DNA from: Paragordius varius
Taxonomy: Eukaryota > Animalia > Nematomorpha
Length of the DNA: 64,000 nt
Reading direction: 5' to 3'
Assembly (NCBI GenBank): GCA_964247055.1
Contig: OZ176050.1
Coordinates: 124,001-188,000, forward strand
In this document: positions 12,801 to 26,500 of the stretch, in pieces
Layout: every line of letters begins with the position of its first letter
Position numbering within the stretch: position 1 is the stretch's first letter
Translations under genes and position numbers: made by a program
Notes under the pieces: model-generated
What the model saw: only the letters and a program-made list of their open reading frames with translations
What the model was told of the DNA's origin: nothing
Databases searched by the model: none

Positions 12801-15800
12801 TTATACGATTTTAAAAATAAAAATGGCTACCTAAAATCCAAATTTGATCAGGTGATGTCACTATAATTTTTTTTGGGTGGCCCTATGGTAGTTCCATCAT
12901 CACGCCAAATATTGTCGAGATCGGAGTATAAATGTAATTTTTATGAATTTTTTAAATATTTCAAAAATTTATTTTATACGATTTTAAAAATAAAAATGGC
13001 TACCTAAAATCCAAATTTGATCAGGTGATGTCACCATAATTTTTTTTGGGTAGCCCTATGGTAGTTCCATCATCACCCCAAATATTTTGGGGATCGGACT
13101 ATAAATGTAATTTTTATGAATTTTTTAAATATTTAAAAAATTTATTTTATACGATTTTAAAAATAAAAATGGCTACCTAAAATCCAAATTTGATCAGGTG
13201 ATGTCACTATAATTTTTTTTGGGTGGCCCTATGGTAGTTCCATCATCACGCCAAATATTGTCGAGATCGGAGTATAAATGTAATTTTTATGAATTTTTTA
13301 AATATTTCAAAAATTTATTTTATACGATTTTAAAAATAAAAATGGCTACCTAAAATCCAAATTTGATCAGGTGATGTCACCATAATTTTTTTTGGGTAGC
13401 CCTATGGTAGTTCCATCATCACCCCAAATATTGTCGAGATCGGAGTATAAATGTAATTTTTATGAATTTTTTAAATATTTAAATTTATTTTATACGATTT
13501 TAAAAATAAAAATGGCTACCTAAAATCCAAATTTGATCAGGTGATGTTACCATAATTTTTTTTGGGTAGCCCTATGGTAGTTCCATCATCACCCCAAATA
13601 TTTTCGAGATCGGAGTATAAATGTAATTTTTTTGAATTTTTTAAATATTTAAAAAATTTATTTTATACGATTTTAAAAATAAAAATGGCTACCTAAAATC
13701 CAAATTTGATCAGGTGATGTCACCATAATTTTTTTTGGGTAGCCCTATGGTAGTTCCATCATCACCCCAAATATTTTGGGGATCGGACTATAAATGTAAT
13801 TTTTATGAATTTTTTAAATATTTAAAAAATTTATTTTATACGATTTTAAAAATAAAAATGGCTACCTAAAATCCAAATTTGATCAGGTGATGTCACCATA
13901 ATTTTTTTTGCGTAGCCCTATGGTAGTTCCATCATCACCCCAAATATTTTGGGGATCGGACTATAAATGTAATTTTTATGAATTTTTTAAATATTTAAAA
14001 AATTTATTTTATACGATTTTAAAAATAAAAATGGCTACCTAAAATCCAAATTTGATCAGGTGATGTCACTATAATTTTTTTTGGGTAGCCCTATGGTAGT
14101 TCCATCATCACCCCAAATATTTTGGGGATCGGACTATAAATGTAATTTTTATGAATTTTTTAAATATTTAAAAAATTTATTTTATACGATATTAAAAATA
14201 AAAATGGCTACCTAAAATCCAAATTTGATAAGGTGATGTCTCTATAATTTTTTTGGGTAGCCCTATGGTAGTTCCATCATCACCCCAAATATTTTCGAGA
14301 TCGGAGTATAAATGTAATTTTTTTGAATTTTTTAAATATCTAATAAATTTATTTTATACGATTTTAAAAATAAAAATGGCTACCTAAAATCCAAATTTGA
14401 TCAGGTGATGTCGCCATAATTTTTTTTGGGTAGCCCTATGGTAGTTCCATCATCACCCCAAATATTTTGGGGATCGGACTATAAATGTAATTTTTATGAA
14501 TTTTTTAAATATTTAAAAAATTTATTTTATACGATTTTAAAAATAAAAATGGCTACCTAAAATCCAAATTTGATCAGGTGATGTCACTATAATTTTTTTT
14601 GGGTAGCCCTATGGTAGTTCCATCATCACCCCAAATATTGTCGAGATCGGAGTATAAATGTAATTTTTATGAATTTTTTAAATATTTAAAAAATTTATTT
14701 TATACGATTTTAAAAATAAAAATGGCTACCTAAAATCCAAATTTGATCAGGTGATGTCACCATAATTTTTTTTGGGTAGCCCTATGGTAGTTCCATCATC
14801 ACCCCAAATATTTTCGAGATCGGAGTATAAATGTAATTTTTTTGAATTTTTTAAATATTTAAAAAATTTATTTTATACGATTTTAAAAATAAAAATGGCT
14901 ACCTAAAATCCAAATTTAATCAGGTGATGTCACCATAATTTTTTTTGGGTAGCCCTATGGTAGTTCCATCATCACCCCAAATATTTTCGAGATCGGAGTA
15001 TAAATGTAATTTTTATGAATTTTTTAAATATTTAAAAAATTTATTTTATACGATTTTAAAAATAAAAATGGCTACCTAAAATCCAAATTTGATCAGGTGA
15101 TGTCACCATAATTTTTTTTGGGTAGCCCTATGGTAGTTCCATCATCACCCCAAATATTTTGGGGATCGGACTATAAATGTAATTTTTATGAATTTTTTAA
15201 ATATTTAAAAAATTTATTTTATACGATTTTAAAAATATAAATGGCTACCTAAAATCCAAATTTGATCAGGTGATGTCACCATAATTTTTTTTGCGTAGCC
15301 CTATGGTAGTTCCATCATCACCCCAAATATTTTGGGGATCGGACTATAAATGTAATTTTTATGAATTTTTTAAATATTTAAAAAATTTATTTTATACGAT
15401 ATTAAAAATAAAAATGGCTACCTAAAATCCAAATTTGATCAGGTGATGTCACCATAATTTTTTTTGGGTAGCCTATGGTAGTTCCATCATCACCCCAAAT
15501 ATTTTGGGGATCGGACTATAAATGTAATTTTTATGAATTTTTTAAATAAAAAAATTTATTTTATACGATTTTAAAAATAAAAATGGCTACCTAAAATCCA
15601 AATTTGATCAGGTGATGTCACTATAATTTTTTTTGGGTAGCCCTATGGTAGTTCCATCATCACCCCAAATATTTTGGGGATCGGACTATAAATGTAATTT
15701 TTATGAATTTTTTAAATAAAAAAATTTATTTTATACGATTTTAAAAATAAAAATGGCTACCTAAAATCCAAATTTGATCAGGTGATGTCACTATAATTTT

Positions 15801-18341
15801 TTTTGGGTAGCCCTATGGTAGTTCCATCATCACCCCAAATATTTTGGGGATCGGACTATAAATGTAATTTTTATGAATTTTTTAAATATTTAAAAAATTT
15901 ATTTTATACGATATTAAAAATAAAAATGGCTACCTAAAATCCAAATTTGATAAGGTGATGTCTCTATAATTTTTTTTGGGTAGCCCTATGGTAGTTCCAT
16001 CATCACCCCAAATATTTTCGAGATCGGAGTATAAATGTAATTTTTTTGAATTTTTTAAATATTTAAAAAATTTATTTTATACGATTTTAAAAATAAAAAT
16101 GGCTACCTAAAATCCAAATTTAATCAGGTGATGTCACCATAATTTTTTTTGGGTAGCCCTATGGTAGTTCCATCATCACCCCAAATATTTTCGAGATCGG
16201 AGTATAAATGTAATTTTTATGAATTTTTTAAATATTTAAAAAATTTATTTTATACGATATTAAAAATAAAAATGGCTACCTAAAATCCAAATTTGATCAG
16301 GTGATGTCACCATAATTTTTTTTGGGTAGCCTATGGTAGTTCCATCATCACCCCAAATATTTTGGGGATCGGACTATAAATGTAATTTTTATGAATTTTT
16401 TAAATAAAAAAATTTATTTTATACGATTTTAAAAATAAAAATGGCTACCTAAAATCCAAATTTGATCAGGTGATGTCACTATAATTTTTTTTGGGTAGCC
16501 CTATGGTAGTTCCATCATCACCCCAAATATTTTGGGGATCGGACTATAAATGTAATTTTTATGAATTTTTTAAATATTTAAAAAATTTATTTTATACGAT
16601 ATTAAAAATAAAAATGGCTACCTAAAATCCAAATTTGATAAGGTGATGTCTCTATAATTTTTTTGGGTAGCCCTATGGTAGTTCCATCATCACCCCAAAT
16701 ATTTTCGAGATCGGAGTATAAATGTAATTTTTTTGAATTTTTTAAATATCTAATAAATTTATTTTATACGATTTTAAAAATAAAAATGGCTACCTAAAAT
16801 CCAAATTTGATCAGGTGATGTCGCCATAATTTTTTTTGGGTAGCCCTATGGTAGTTCCATCATCACCCCAAATATTTTGGGGATCGGACTATAAATGTAA
16901 TTTTTATGAATTTTTTAAATATTTAAAAAATTTATTTTATACGATTTTAAAAATAAAAATGGCTACCTAAAATCCAAATTTGATCAGGTGATGTCACTAT
17001 AATTTTTTTTGGGTAGCCCTATGGTAGTTCCATCATCACCCCAAATATTGTCGAGATCGGAGTATAAATGTAATTTTTATGAATTTTTTAAATATTTAAA
17101 AAATTTATTTTATACGATTTTAAAAATAAAAATGGCTACCTAAAATCCAAATTTGATCAGGTGATGTCACCATAATTTTTTTTGGGTAGCCCTATGGTAG
17201 TTCCATCATCACCCCAAATATTTTCGAGATCGGAGTATAAATGTAATTTTTTTGAATTTTTTAAATATTTAAAAAATTTATTTTATACGATTTTAAAAAT
17301 AAAAATGGCTACCTAAAATCCAAATTTAATCAGGTGATGTCACCATAATTTTTTTTGGGTAGCCCTATGGTAGTTCCATCATCACCCCAAATATTTTCGA
17401 GATCGGAGTATAAATGTAATTTTTATGAATTTTTTAAATATTTAAAAAATTTATTTTATACGATTTTAAAAATAAAAATGGCTACCTAAAATCCAAATTT
17501 GATCAGGTGATGTCACTATAATTTTTTTTGGGTAGCCCTATGGTAATTCCATCATCACTTCAAATATTTTCGAGATCGGAGTATAAATGTAATTTTTATG
17601 AATTTTTTAAATATTTAAAAAATTTATTTTATACGATTTTAAAAATAAAAATGGCTACCTAAAATCCATATTTGATCAGGTGATGTCGCCATAATTTTTT
17701 TAGGTAGGCCTATGATAGTTCCATCATCACCCTAAATATTGTCGAGATCGGACTATAAATGTAATTTTTATGAATTTTTTAAATATTGAAAAAATTTATT
17801 TTATACGATATTAAAAATAAAAATGGCTACCTAAAATCCAAATTTGATCAGGTGATGTCACCATAATTTTTTTTGGGTAGCCCTATGGTAATTCCATCAT
17901 CACTTCAAATATTTTCGAGATCGGAGTATAAATGTAATTTCTATGAATTTTTTAAATATTTAAAAAATTTATTTTATACGATTTTAAAAATAAAAATGGC
18001 TACCTAAAATCCAAATTTGATCAGGTGATGTCACCATAATTTTTTTTGGGTAGCCCTATGGTAGTTCCATCATCACTTCAAATATTTTCGAGATCGGAGT
18101 ATAAATGTAATTTTTATGAATTTTTTAAATATTTAAAAAATTTATTTTATACGATTTTAAAAATAAAAATGGCTACCTAAAATCCAAATTTGATCAGGTG
18201 ATGTCACTATAATTTTTTTTGGGTAGCCCTATGGTAGTTCCATCATCACCCCAAATATTTTGGGGATCGGACTATAAATGTAATTTTTATGAATTTTTTA
18301 AATATTTAAAAAATTTATTTTATACGATATTAAAAATAAAA

Positions 18342-18514
18342 ATGGCTACCTAAAATCCAAATTTGATCAGGTGATGTCACCATAATTTTTTTTGGGTAGC
18401 CCTATGGTAGTTCCATCATCACCCCAAATATTTTGGGGATCGGACTATAAATGTAATTTTTATGAATTTTTTAAATATTTAAAAAATTTATTTTATACGA
18501 TTTTAAAAATAAAA
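18342..18514 (+). repeat. Representative consensus-type monomer (173 bp): ~40% GC part (pos 1-105) plus ~94% AT part (pos 106-173)
   Basis: Direct count: 42 G+C in positions 1-105 and 4 G+C in positions 106-173. Confidence 0.95.
18465..18488. repeat. Perfect 24-bp palindrome AATTTTTTAAATATTTAAAAAATT (monomer pos 124-147; present in most monomers, one example given)
   Basis: The sequence equals its own reverse complement and is centred on AAAT|ATTT. Confidence 0.95.
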
Positions 18515-21500
18515 ATGGCTACCTAAAATCCAAATTTGATCAGGTGATGTCACTATAATTTTTTTTGGGTAGCCCTATGGTAGTTCCATCATCACCCCAA
18601 ATATTTTCGAGATCGGAGTATAAATGTAATTTCTATGAATTTTTTAAATATTTAAAAAATTTATTTTATACGATTTTAAAAATAAAAATGGCTACCTAAA
18701 ATCCAAATTTGATCAGGTGATGTCACCATAATTTTTTTTGGGTAGCCCTATGGTAGTTCCATCATCACTTCAAATATTTTCGAGATCGGAGTATAAATGT
18801 AATTTTTATGAATTTTTTAAATATTTAAAAAATTTATTTTATACGATTTTAAAAATAAAAATGGCTACCTAAAATCCAAATTTGATCAGGTGATGTCACT
18901 ATAATTTTTTTTGGGTAGCCCTATGGTAGTTCCATCATCACCCCAAATATTTTCGAGATCGGAGTATAAATGTAATTTTTATGAATTTTTTAAATATTTA
19001 AAAAATTTATTTTATACGATTTTAAAAATAAAAATGGCTACCTAAAATCCAAATTTGATCAGGTGATGTCACCATAATTTTTTTTGGGTAGCCCTATGGT
19101 AGTTCCATCATCACCCCAAATATTTTGGGGATCGGACTATAAATGTAATTTTTATGAATTTTTTAAATATTTAAAAAATTTATTTTATACGATTTTAAAA
19201 ATATAAATGGCTACCTAAAATCCAAATTTGATCAGGTGATGTCACCATAATTTTTTTTGCGTAGCCCTATGGTAGTTCCATCATCACCCCAAATATTTTG
19301 GGGATCGGACTATAAATGTAATTTTTATGAATTTTTTAAATATTTAAAAAATTTATTTTATACGATATTAAAAATAAAAATGGCTACCTAAAATCCAAAT
19401 TTGATCAGGTGATGTCACCATAATTTTTTTTGGGTAGCCTATGGTAGTTCCATCATCACCCCAAATATTTTGGGGATCGGACTATAAATGTAATTTTTAT
19501 GAATTTTTTAAATATTTAAAAAATTTATTTTATACGATTTTAAAAATAAAAATGGCTACCTAAAATCCAAATTTGATAAGGTGATGTCTCTATAATTTTT
19601 TTGGGTAGCCCTATGGTAGTTCCATCATCACCCCAAATATTTTCGAGATCGGAGTATAAATGTAATTTTTTTGAATTTTTTAAATATCTAATAAATTTAT
19701 TTTATACGATTTTAAAAATAAAAATGGCTACCTAAAATCCAAATTTGATCAGGTGATGTCACTATAATTTTTTTTGGGTAGCCCTATGGTAGTTCCATCA
19801 TCACCCCAAATATTGTCGAGATCGGAGTATAAATGTAATTTTTATGAATTTTTTAAATATTTAAAAAATTTATTTTATACGATTTTAAAAATAAAAATGG
19901 CTACCTAAAATCCAAATTTGATCAGGTGATGTCACCATAATTTTTTTTGGGTAGCCCTATGGTAGTTCCATCATCACCCCAAATATTTTCGAGATCGGAG
20001 TATAAATGTAATTTTTTTGAATTTTTTAAATATTTAAAAAATTTATTTTATACGATTTTAAAAATAAAAATGGCTACCTAAAATCCAAATTTAATCAGGT
20101 GATGTCACCATAATTTTTTTTGGGTAGCCCTATGGTAGTTCCATCATCACCCCAAATATTTTCGAGATCGGAGTATAAATGTAATTTTTATGAATTTTTT
20201 AAATATTTAAAAAATTTATTTTATACGATTTTAAAAATAAAAATGGCTACCTAAAATCCAAATTTGATCAGGTGATGTCACCATAATTTTTTTTGGGTAG
20301 CCCTATGGTAGTTCCATCATCACCCCAAATATTTTGGGGATCGGACTATAAATGTAATTTTTATGAATTTTTTAAATATTTAAAAAATTTATTTTATACG
20401 ATTTTAAAAATATAAATGGCTACCTAAAATCCAAATTTGATCAGGTGATGTCACCATAATTTTTTTTGCGTAGCCCTATGGTAGTTCCATCATCACCCCA
20501 AATATTTTGGGGATCGGACTATAAATGTAATTTTTATGAATTTTTTAAATATTTAAAAAATTTATTTTATACGATATTAAAAATAAAAATGGCTACCTAA
20601 AATCCAAATTTGATCAGGTGATGTCACCATAATTTTTTTTGGGTAGCCTATGGTAGTTCCATCATCACCCCAAATATTTTGGGGATCGGACTATAAATGT
20701 AATTTTTATGAATTTTTTAAATATTTAAAAAATTTATTTTATACGATTTTAAAAATAAAAATGGCTACCTAAAATCCAAATTTGATCAGGTGATGTCACT
20801 ATAATTTTTTTTGGGTAGCCCTATGGTAGTTCCATCATCACCCCAAATATTTTGGGGATCGGACTATAAATGTAATTTTTATGAATTTTTTAAATATTTA
20901 AAAAATTTATTTTATACGATATTAAAAATAAAAATGGCTACCTAAAATCCAAATTTGATAAGGTGATGTCTCTATAATTTTTTTGGGTAGCCCTATGGTA
21001 GTTCCATCATCACCCCAAATATTTTCGAGATCGGAGTATAAATGTAATTTTTTTGAATTTTTTAAATATCTAATAAATTTATTTTATACGATTTTAAAAA
21101 TAAAAATGGCTACCTAAAATCCAAATTTGATCAGGTGATGTCGCCATAATTTTTTTAGGTAGGCCTATGATAGTTCCATCATCACCCTAAATATTGTCGA
21201 GATCGGACTATAAATGTAATTTTTATGAATTTTTTAAATATTGAAAAAATTTATTTTATACGATATTAAAAATAAAAATGGCTACCTAAAATCCAAATTT
21301 GATCAGGTGATGTCACCATAATTTTTTTTGGGTAGCCCTATGGTAATTCCATCATCACTTCAAATATTTTCGAGATCGGAGTATAAATGTAATTTCTATG
21401 AATTTTTTAAATATTTAAAAAATTTATTTTATACGATTTTAAAAATAAAAATGGCTACCTAAAATCCAAATTTGATCAGGTGATGTCACCATAATTTTTT

Positions 21501-23524
21501 TTGGGTAGCCCTATGGTAGTTCCATCATCACTTCAAATATTTTCGAGATCGGAGTATAAATGTAATTTTTATGAATTTTTTAAATATTTAAAAAATTTAT
21601 TTTATACGATTTTAAAAATAAAAATGGCTACCTAAAATCCAAATTTGATCAGGTGATGTCACTATAATTTTTTTTGGGTAGCCCTATGGTAGTTCCATCA
21701 TCACCCCAAATATTTTGGGGATCGGACTATAAATGTAATTTTTATGAATTTTTTAAATATTTAAAAAATTTATTTTATACGATATTAAAAATAAAAATGG
21801 CTACCTAAAATCCAAATTTGATCAGGTGATGTCACCATAATTTTTTTTGGGTAGCCCTATGGTAGTTCCATCATCACCCCAAATATTTTCGAGATCAGAG
21901 TATAAATGTAATTTTTATGAATTTTTTAAATATTTAAAAAATTTATTTTATACGATTTTAAAAATAAAAATGGCTATCCTAAAATCCAAATTTGATCAGG
22001 TGATGTCACTATAATTTTTTTGGGTAGCCCTATGGTAGTTCCATCATCACCCCAAATATTTTCGAGATCGGAGTATAAATGTAATTTTTATGAATTTTTT
22101 AAATATTTAAAAAATTTATTTTATACGATTTTAAAAATAAAAATGGCTACCTAAAATCCAAATTTGATCAGGTGATGTCACCATAATTTTTTTTGGGTAG
22201 CCCTATGGTAGTTCCATCATCACCCCAAATATTTTCGAGATCGGAGTATAAATGTATTTTTTATGAATTTTTTAAATATTTAAAAAATTTATTTTATACG
22301 ATTTTAAAAATAAAAATGGCTACCTAAAATCCAAATTTGATCAGGTGATGTCACCATAATTTTTTTTGGGTAGCCCTATGGTAGTTCCATCATCACCCCA
22401 AATATTGTCGAGATCGGAGTATAAATGTAATTTTTTTGAATTTTTTAAATATTTAAAAAATTTATTTTATACGATTTTAAAAATAAAAATGGCTACCTAA
22501 AATCCAAATTTGATCAGGTGATGTCGCCATAATTTTTTTTGGGTAGCCCTATGGTAGTTCCATCATCACCCCAAATATTTTGGGGATCGGACTATAAATG
22601 TAATTTTTATGAAGTTTTTAAATAATTAAAAAATTTATTTTATACGATTTTAAAAATAAAAATGGCTACCTAAAATCCAAATTTGATCAGGTGATGTCAC
22701 CATAATTTTTTTTGGGTAGCCCTATGGTAGTTCCATCATCACCCCAAATATTTTCGAGATCGGAGTATAAATGTAATTTTTATGAATTTTTTAAATATTT
22801 AAAAAACTTATTTTATACGATTTTAAAAATAAAAATGGCTACCTAAAATCCAAATTTGATCAGGTGATGTCACTATAATTTTTTTTGGGTAGCCCTATGG
22901 TAATTCCATCATCACTTCAAATATTTTCGAGATCGGAGTATAAATGTAATTTTTATGAATTTTTTAAATATTTAAAAAATTTATTTTATACGATTTTAAA
23001 AATAAAAATGGCTACCTAAAATCCAAATTTGATCAGGTGATGTCACCATAATTTTTTTTGCGTAGCCCTATGGTAGTTCCATCATCACCCCAAATATTTT
23101 GGGGATCGGACTATAAATGTAATTTTTATGAATTTTTTAAATATTTAAAAAATTTATTTTATACGATATTAAAAATAAAAATGGCTACCTAAAATCCAAA
23201 TTTGATCAGGTGATGTCACCATAATTTTTTTTTGGGTAGCCCTATGGTAGTTCCATCATCACCCCAAATATTTTGGGGATCGGACTATAAATGTAATTTT
23301 TATGAATTTTTTAAATAAAAAAATTTATTTTATACGATTTTAAAAATAAAAATGGCTACCTAAAATCCAAATTTGATCAGGTGATGTCACTATAATTTTT
23401 TTTGGGTAGCCCTATGGTAGTTCCATCATCACCCCAAATATTTTGGGGATCGGACTATAAATGTAATTTTTATGAATTTTTTAAATATTTAAAAAATTTA
23501 TTTTATACGATTTTAAAAATAAAA

Positions 23525-26500
23525 ATGGCTACCTAAAATCCAAATTTGATCAGGTGATGTCACTATAATTTTTTTTGGGTAGCCCTATGGTAATTCCATT
23601 ATCACTTCAAATATTTTCGAGATCGGAGTATAAATGTAATTTTTATGAAATTTTTAAATATTTAAAAAATTTATTTTATACGATTTTAAAAATAAAAATG
23701 GCTACCTAAAATCCATATTTGATCAGGTGATGTCGCCATAATTTTTTTAGGTAGGCCTATGATAGTTCCATCATCACCCTAAATATTGTCGAGATCGGAC
23801 TATAAATGTAATTTTTATGAATTTTTTAAATATTGAAAAAATTTATTTTATACGATATTAAAAATAAAAATGGCTACCTAAAATCCAAATTTGATCAGGT
23901 GATGTCACCATAATTTTTTTTGGGTAGCCCTATGGTAATTCCATCATCACTTCAAATATTTTCGAGATCGGAGTATAAATGTAATTTCTATGAATTTTTT
24001 AAATATTTAAAAAATTTATTTTATACGATTTTAAAAATAAAAATGGCTACCTAAAATCCAAATTTGATCAGGTGATGTCACCATAATTTTTTTTGGGTAG
24101 CCCTATGGTAGTTCCATCATCACTTCAAATATTTTCGAGATCGGAGTATAAATGTAATTTTTATGAATTTTTTAAATATTTAAAAAATTTATTTTATACG
24201 ATTTTAAAAATAAAAATGGCTACCTAAAATCCAAATTTGATCAGGTGATGTCACTATAATTTTTTTTGGGTAGCCCTATGGTAGTTCCATCATCACCCCA
24301 AATATTTTGGGGATCGGACTATAAATGTAATTTTTATGAATTTTTTAAATATTTAAAAAATTTATTTTATACGATATTAAAAATAAAAATGGCTACCTAA
24401 AATCCAAATTTGATCAGGTGATGTCACCATAATTTTTTTTGGGTAGCCCTATGGTAGTTCCATCATCACCCCAAATATTTTCGAGATCGGAGTATAAATG
24501 TAATTTTTATGAATTTTTTAAATATTTAAAAAATTTATTTTATACGATTTTAAAAATAAAAATGGCTACCTAAAATCCAAATTTGATCAGGTGATGTCAC
24601 CATAATTTTTTTTGGGTAGCCCTATGGTAGTTCCATCATTACCCCAAATATTTTGGGGATCGGACTATAAATGTAATTTTTATGAATTTTTTAAATATTT
24701 AAAAAATTTATTTTATACGATTTTAAAAATAAAAATGGCTACCTAAAATCCAAATTTGATAAGGTGATGTCGCCATAATTTTTTTTGGGTAGCCCTATGG
24801 TAGTTCCATCATAACCCTAAATATTTTTGAGATCGGACTTTAAATGTAATTTTTTTGAATTTTTTAAATATTTAAAAAATTTATTTTATACGATTTTAAA
24901 AATATAAATGGCTACCTAAAATCCAAATTTGATCAGGTGATGTCACCATAATTTTTTTTGGGTAGCCCTATGGTAGTTCCATCATCACCCCAAATATTTT
25001 CGAGATCGGAGTATAAATGTAATTTTTATGAATTTTTTAAATTTTTAAAAAATTTATTTTATACGATTTTAAAAATAAAAATGGCTACCTAAAATCCAAA
25101 TTTGATCAGGTGATGTCACTATAATTTTTTTGGGTAGCCCTATGGTAGTTCCATCATCACCCCAAATATTTTGGGGATCGGAATATAAATGTAATTTTTA
25201 TGAATTTTTATGAATTTTTTAAATATTTAAAAAATTTATTTTATACGATTTTAAAAATAAAAATGGCTACCTAAAATCCAAATTTGATCAGGTGATGTCA
25301 CTATAATTTTTTTGGGTAGCCCTATGGTAATTCCATCATCACTTCAAATATTTTCGAGATCGGAGTATAAATGTAATTTATATGAATTTTTTAAATATTT
25401 AAAAAATTTATTTTATACGATTTTAAAAATAAAAATGGCTACCTAAAATCCATATTTGATCAGGTGATGTCGCCATAATTTTTTTAGGTAGGCCTATGAT
25501 AGTTCCATCATCACCCTAAATATTGTCGAGATCGGACTATAAATGTAATTTTTATGAATTTTTTAAATATTGAAAAAATTTATTTTATACGATATTAAAA
25601 ATAAAAATGGCTACCTAAAATCCAAATTTGATCAGGTGATGTCACCATAATTTTTTTTGGGTAGCCCTATGGTAATTCCATCATCACTTCAAATATTTTC
25701 GAGATCGGAGTATAAATGTAATTTCTATGAATTTTTTAAATATTTAAAAATTTATTTTATACGATTTTAAAAATAAAAATGGCTACCTAAAATCCATATT
25801 TGATCAGGTGATGTCGCCATAATTTTTTTAGGTAGGCCTATGATAGTTCCATCATCACCCTAAATATTGTCGAGATCGGACTATAAATGTAATTTTTATG
25901 AATTTTTTAAATATTGAAAAAATTTATTTTATACGATATTAAAAATAAAAATGGCTACCTAAAATCCAAATTTGATCAGGTGATGTCACCATAATTTTTT
26001 TTGGGTAGCCCTATGGTAATTCCATCATCACTTCAAATATTTTCGAGATCGGAGTATAAATGTAATTTTTATGAATTTTTTAAATATTTAAAAAATTTAT
26101 TTTATACGATTTTAAAAATAAAAATGGCTACCTAAAATCCATATTTGATCAGGTGATGTCGCCATAATTTTTTTAGGTAGGCCTATGATAGTTCCATCAT
26201 CACCCTAAATATTGTCGAGATCGGACTATAAATGTAATTTTTATGAATTTTTTAAATATTGAAAAAATTTATTTTATACGATATTAAAAATAAAAATGGC
26301 TACCTAAAATCCAAATTTGATCAGGTGATGTCACCATAATTTTTTTTGGGTAGCCCTATGGTAATTCCATCATCACTTCAAATATTTTCGAGATCGGAGT
26401 ATAAATGTAATTTCTATGAATTTTTTAAATATTTAAAAAATTTATTTTATACGATTTTAAAAATAAAAATGGCTACCTAAAATCCATATTTGATCAGGTG

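Larger units (their letters stand above)
14031..21105 (+). repeat. Second layer: irregular ~7-14-monomer higher-order repeats marked by the GATAAGG...GTCTCT monomer
   Basis: The marker monomer occurs at 14204, 15926, 16614, 19552 and 20934. Block 14031-15067 recurs at 16441-17477 (offset 2410). Block markers recur at 19034/20243 (offset 1209). Confidence 0.8.

Noticed and set aside
18344-18401. MITE with terminal inverted repeats GGCTACCTAAAA / TTTTGGGTAGCC
   Set aside because: The flanks (AAT versus CTA) show no target-site duplication, the unit would be only 58 bp, and I recognise no matching family. It is kept only as a dyad observation.
18446-18526. TATAAA, AATAAA and AAAATGG (TATA-, polyA- and Kozak-like motifs) in each monomer
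   Set aside because: Such motifs are expected by chance in ~94% AT sequence, and the ATG opens only ATG GCT ACC TAA (3 codons). Without RNA data there is no support for a promoter or transcript.
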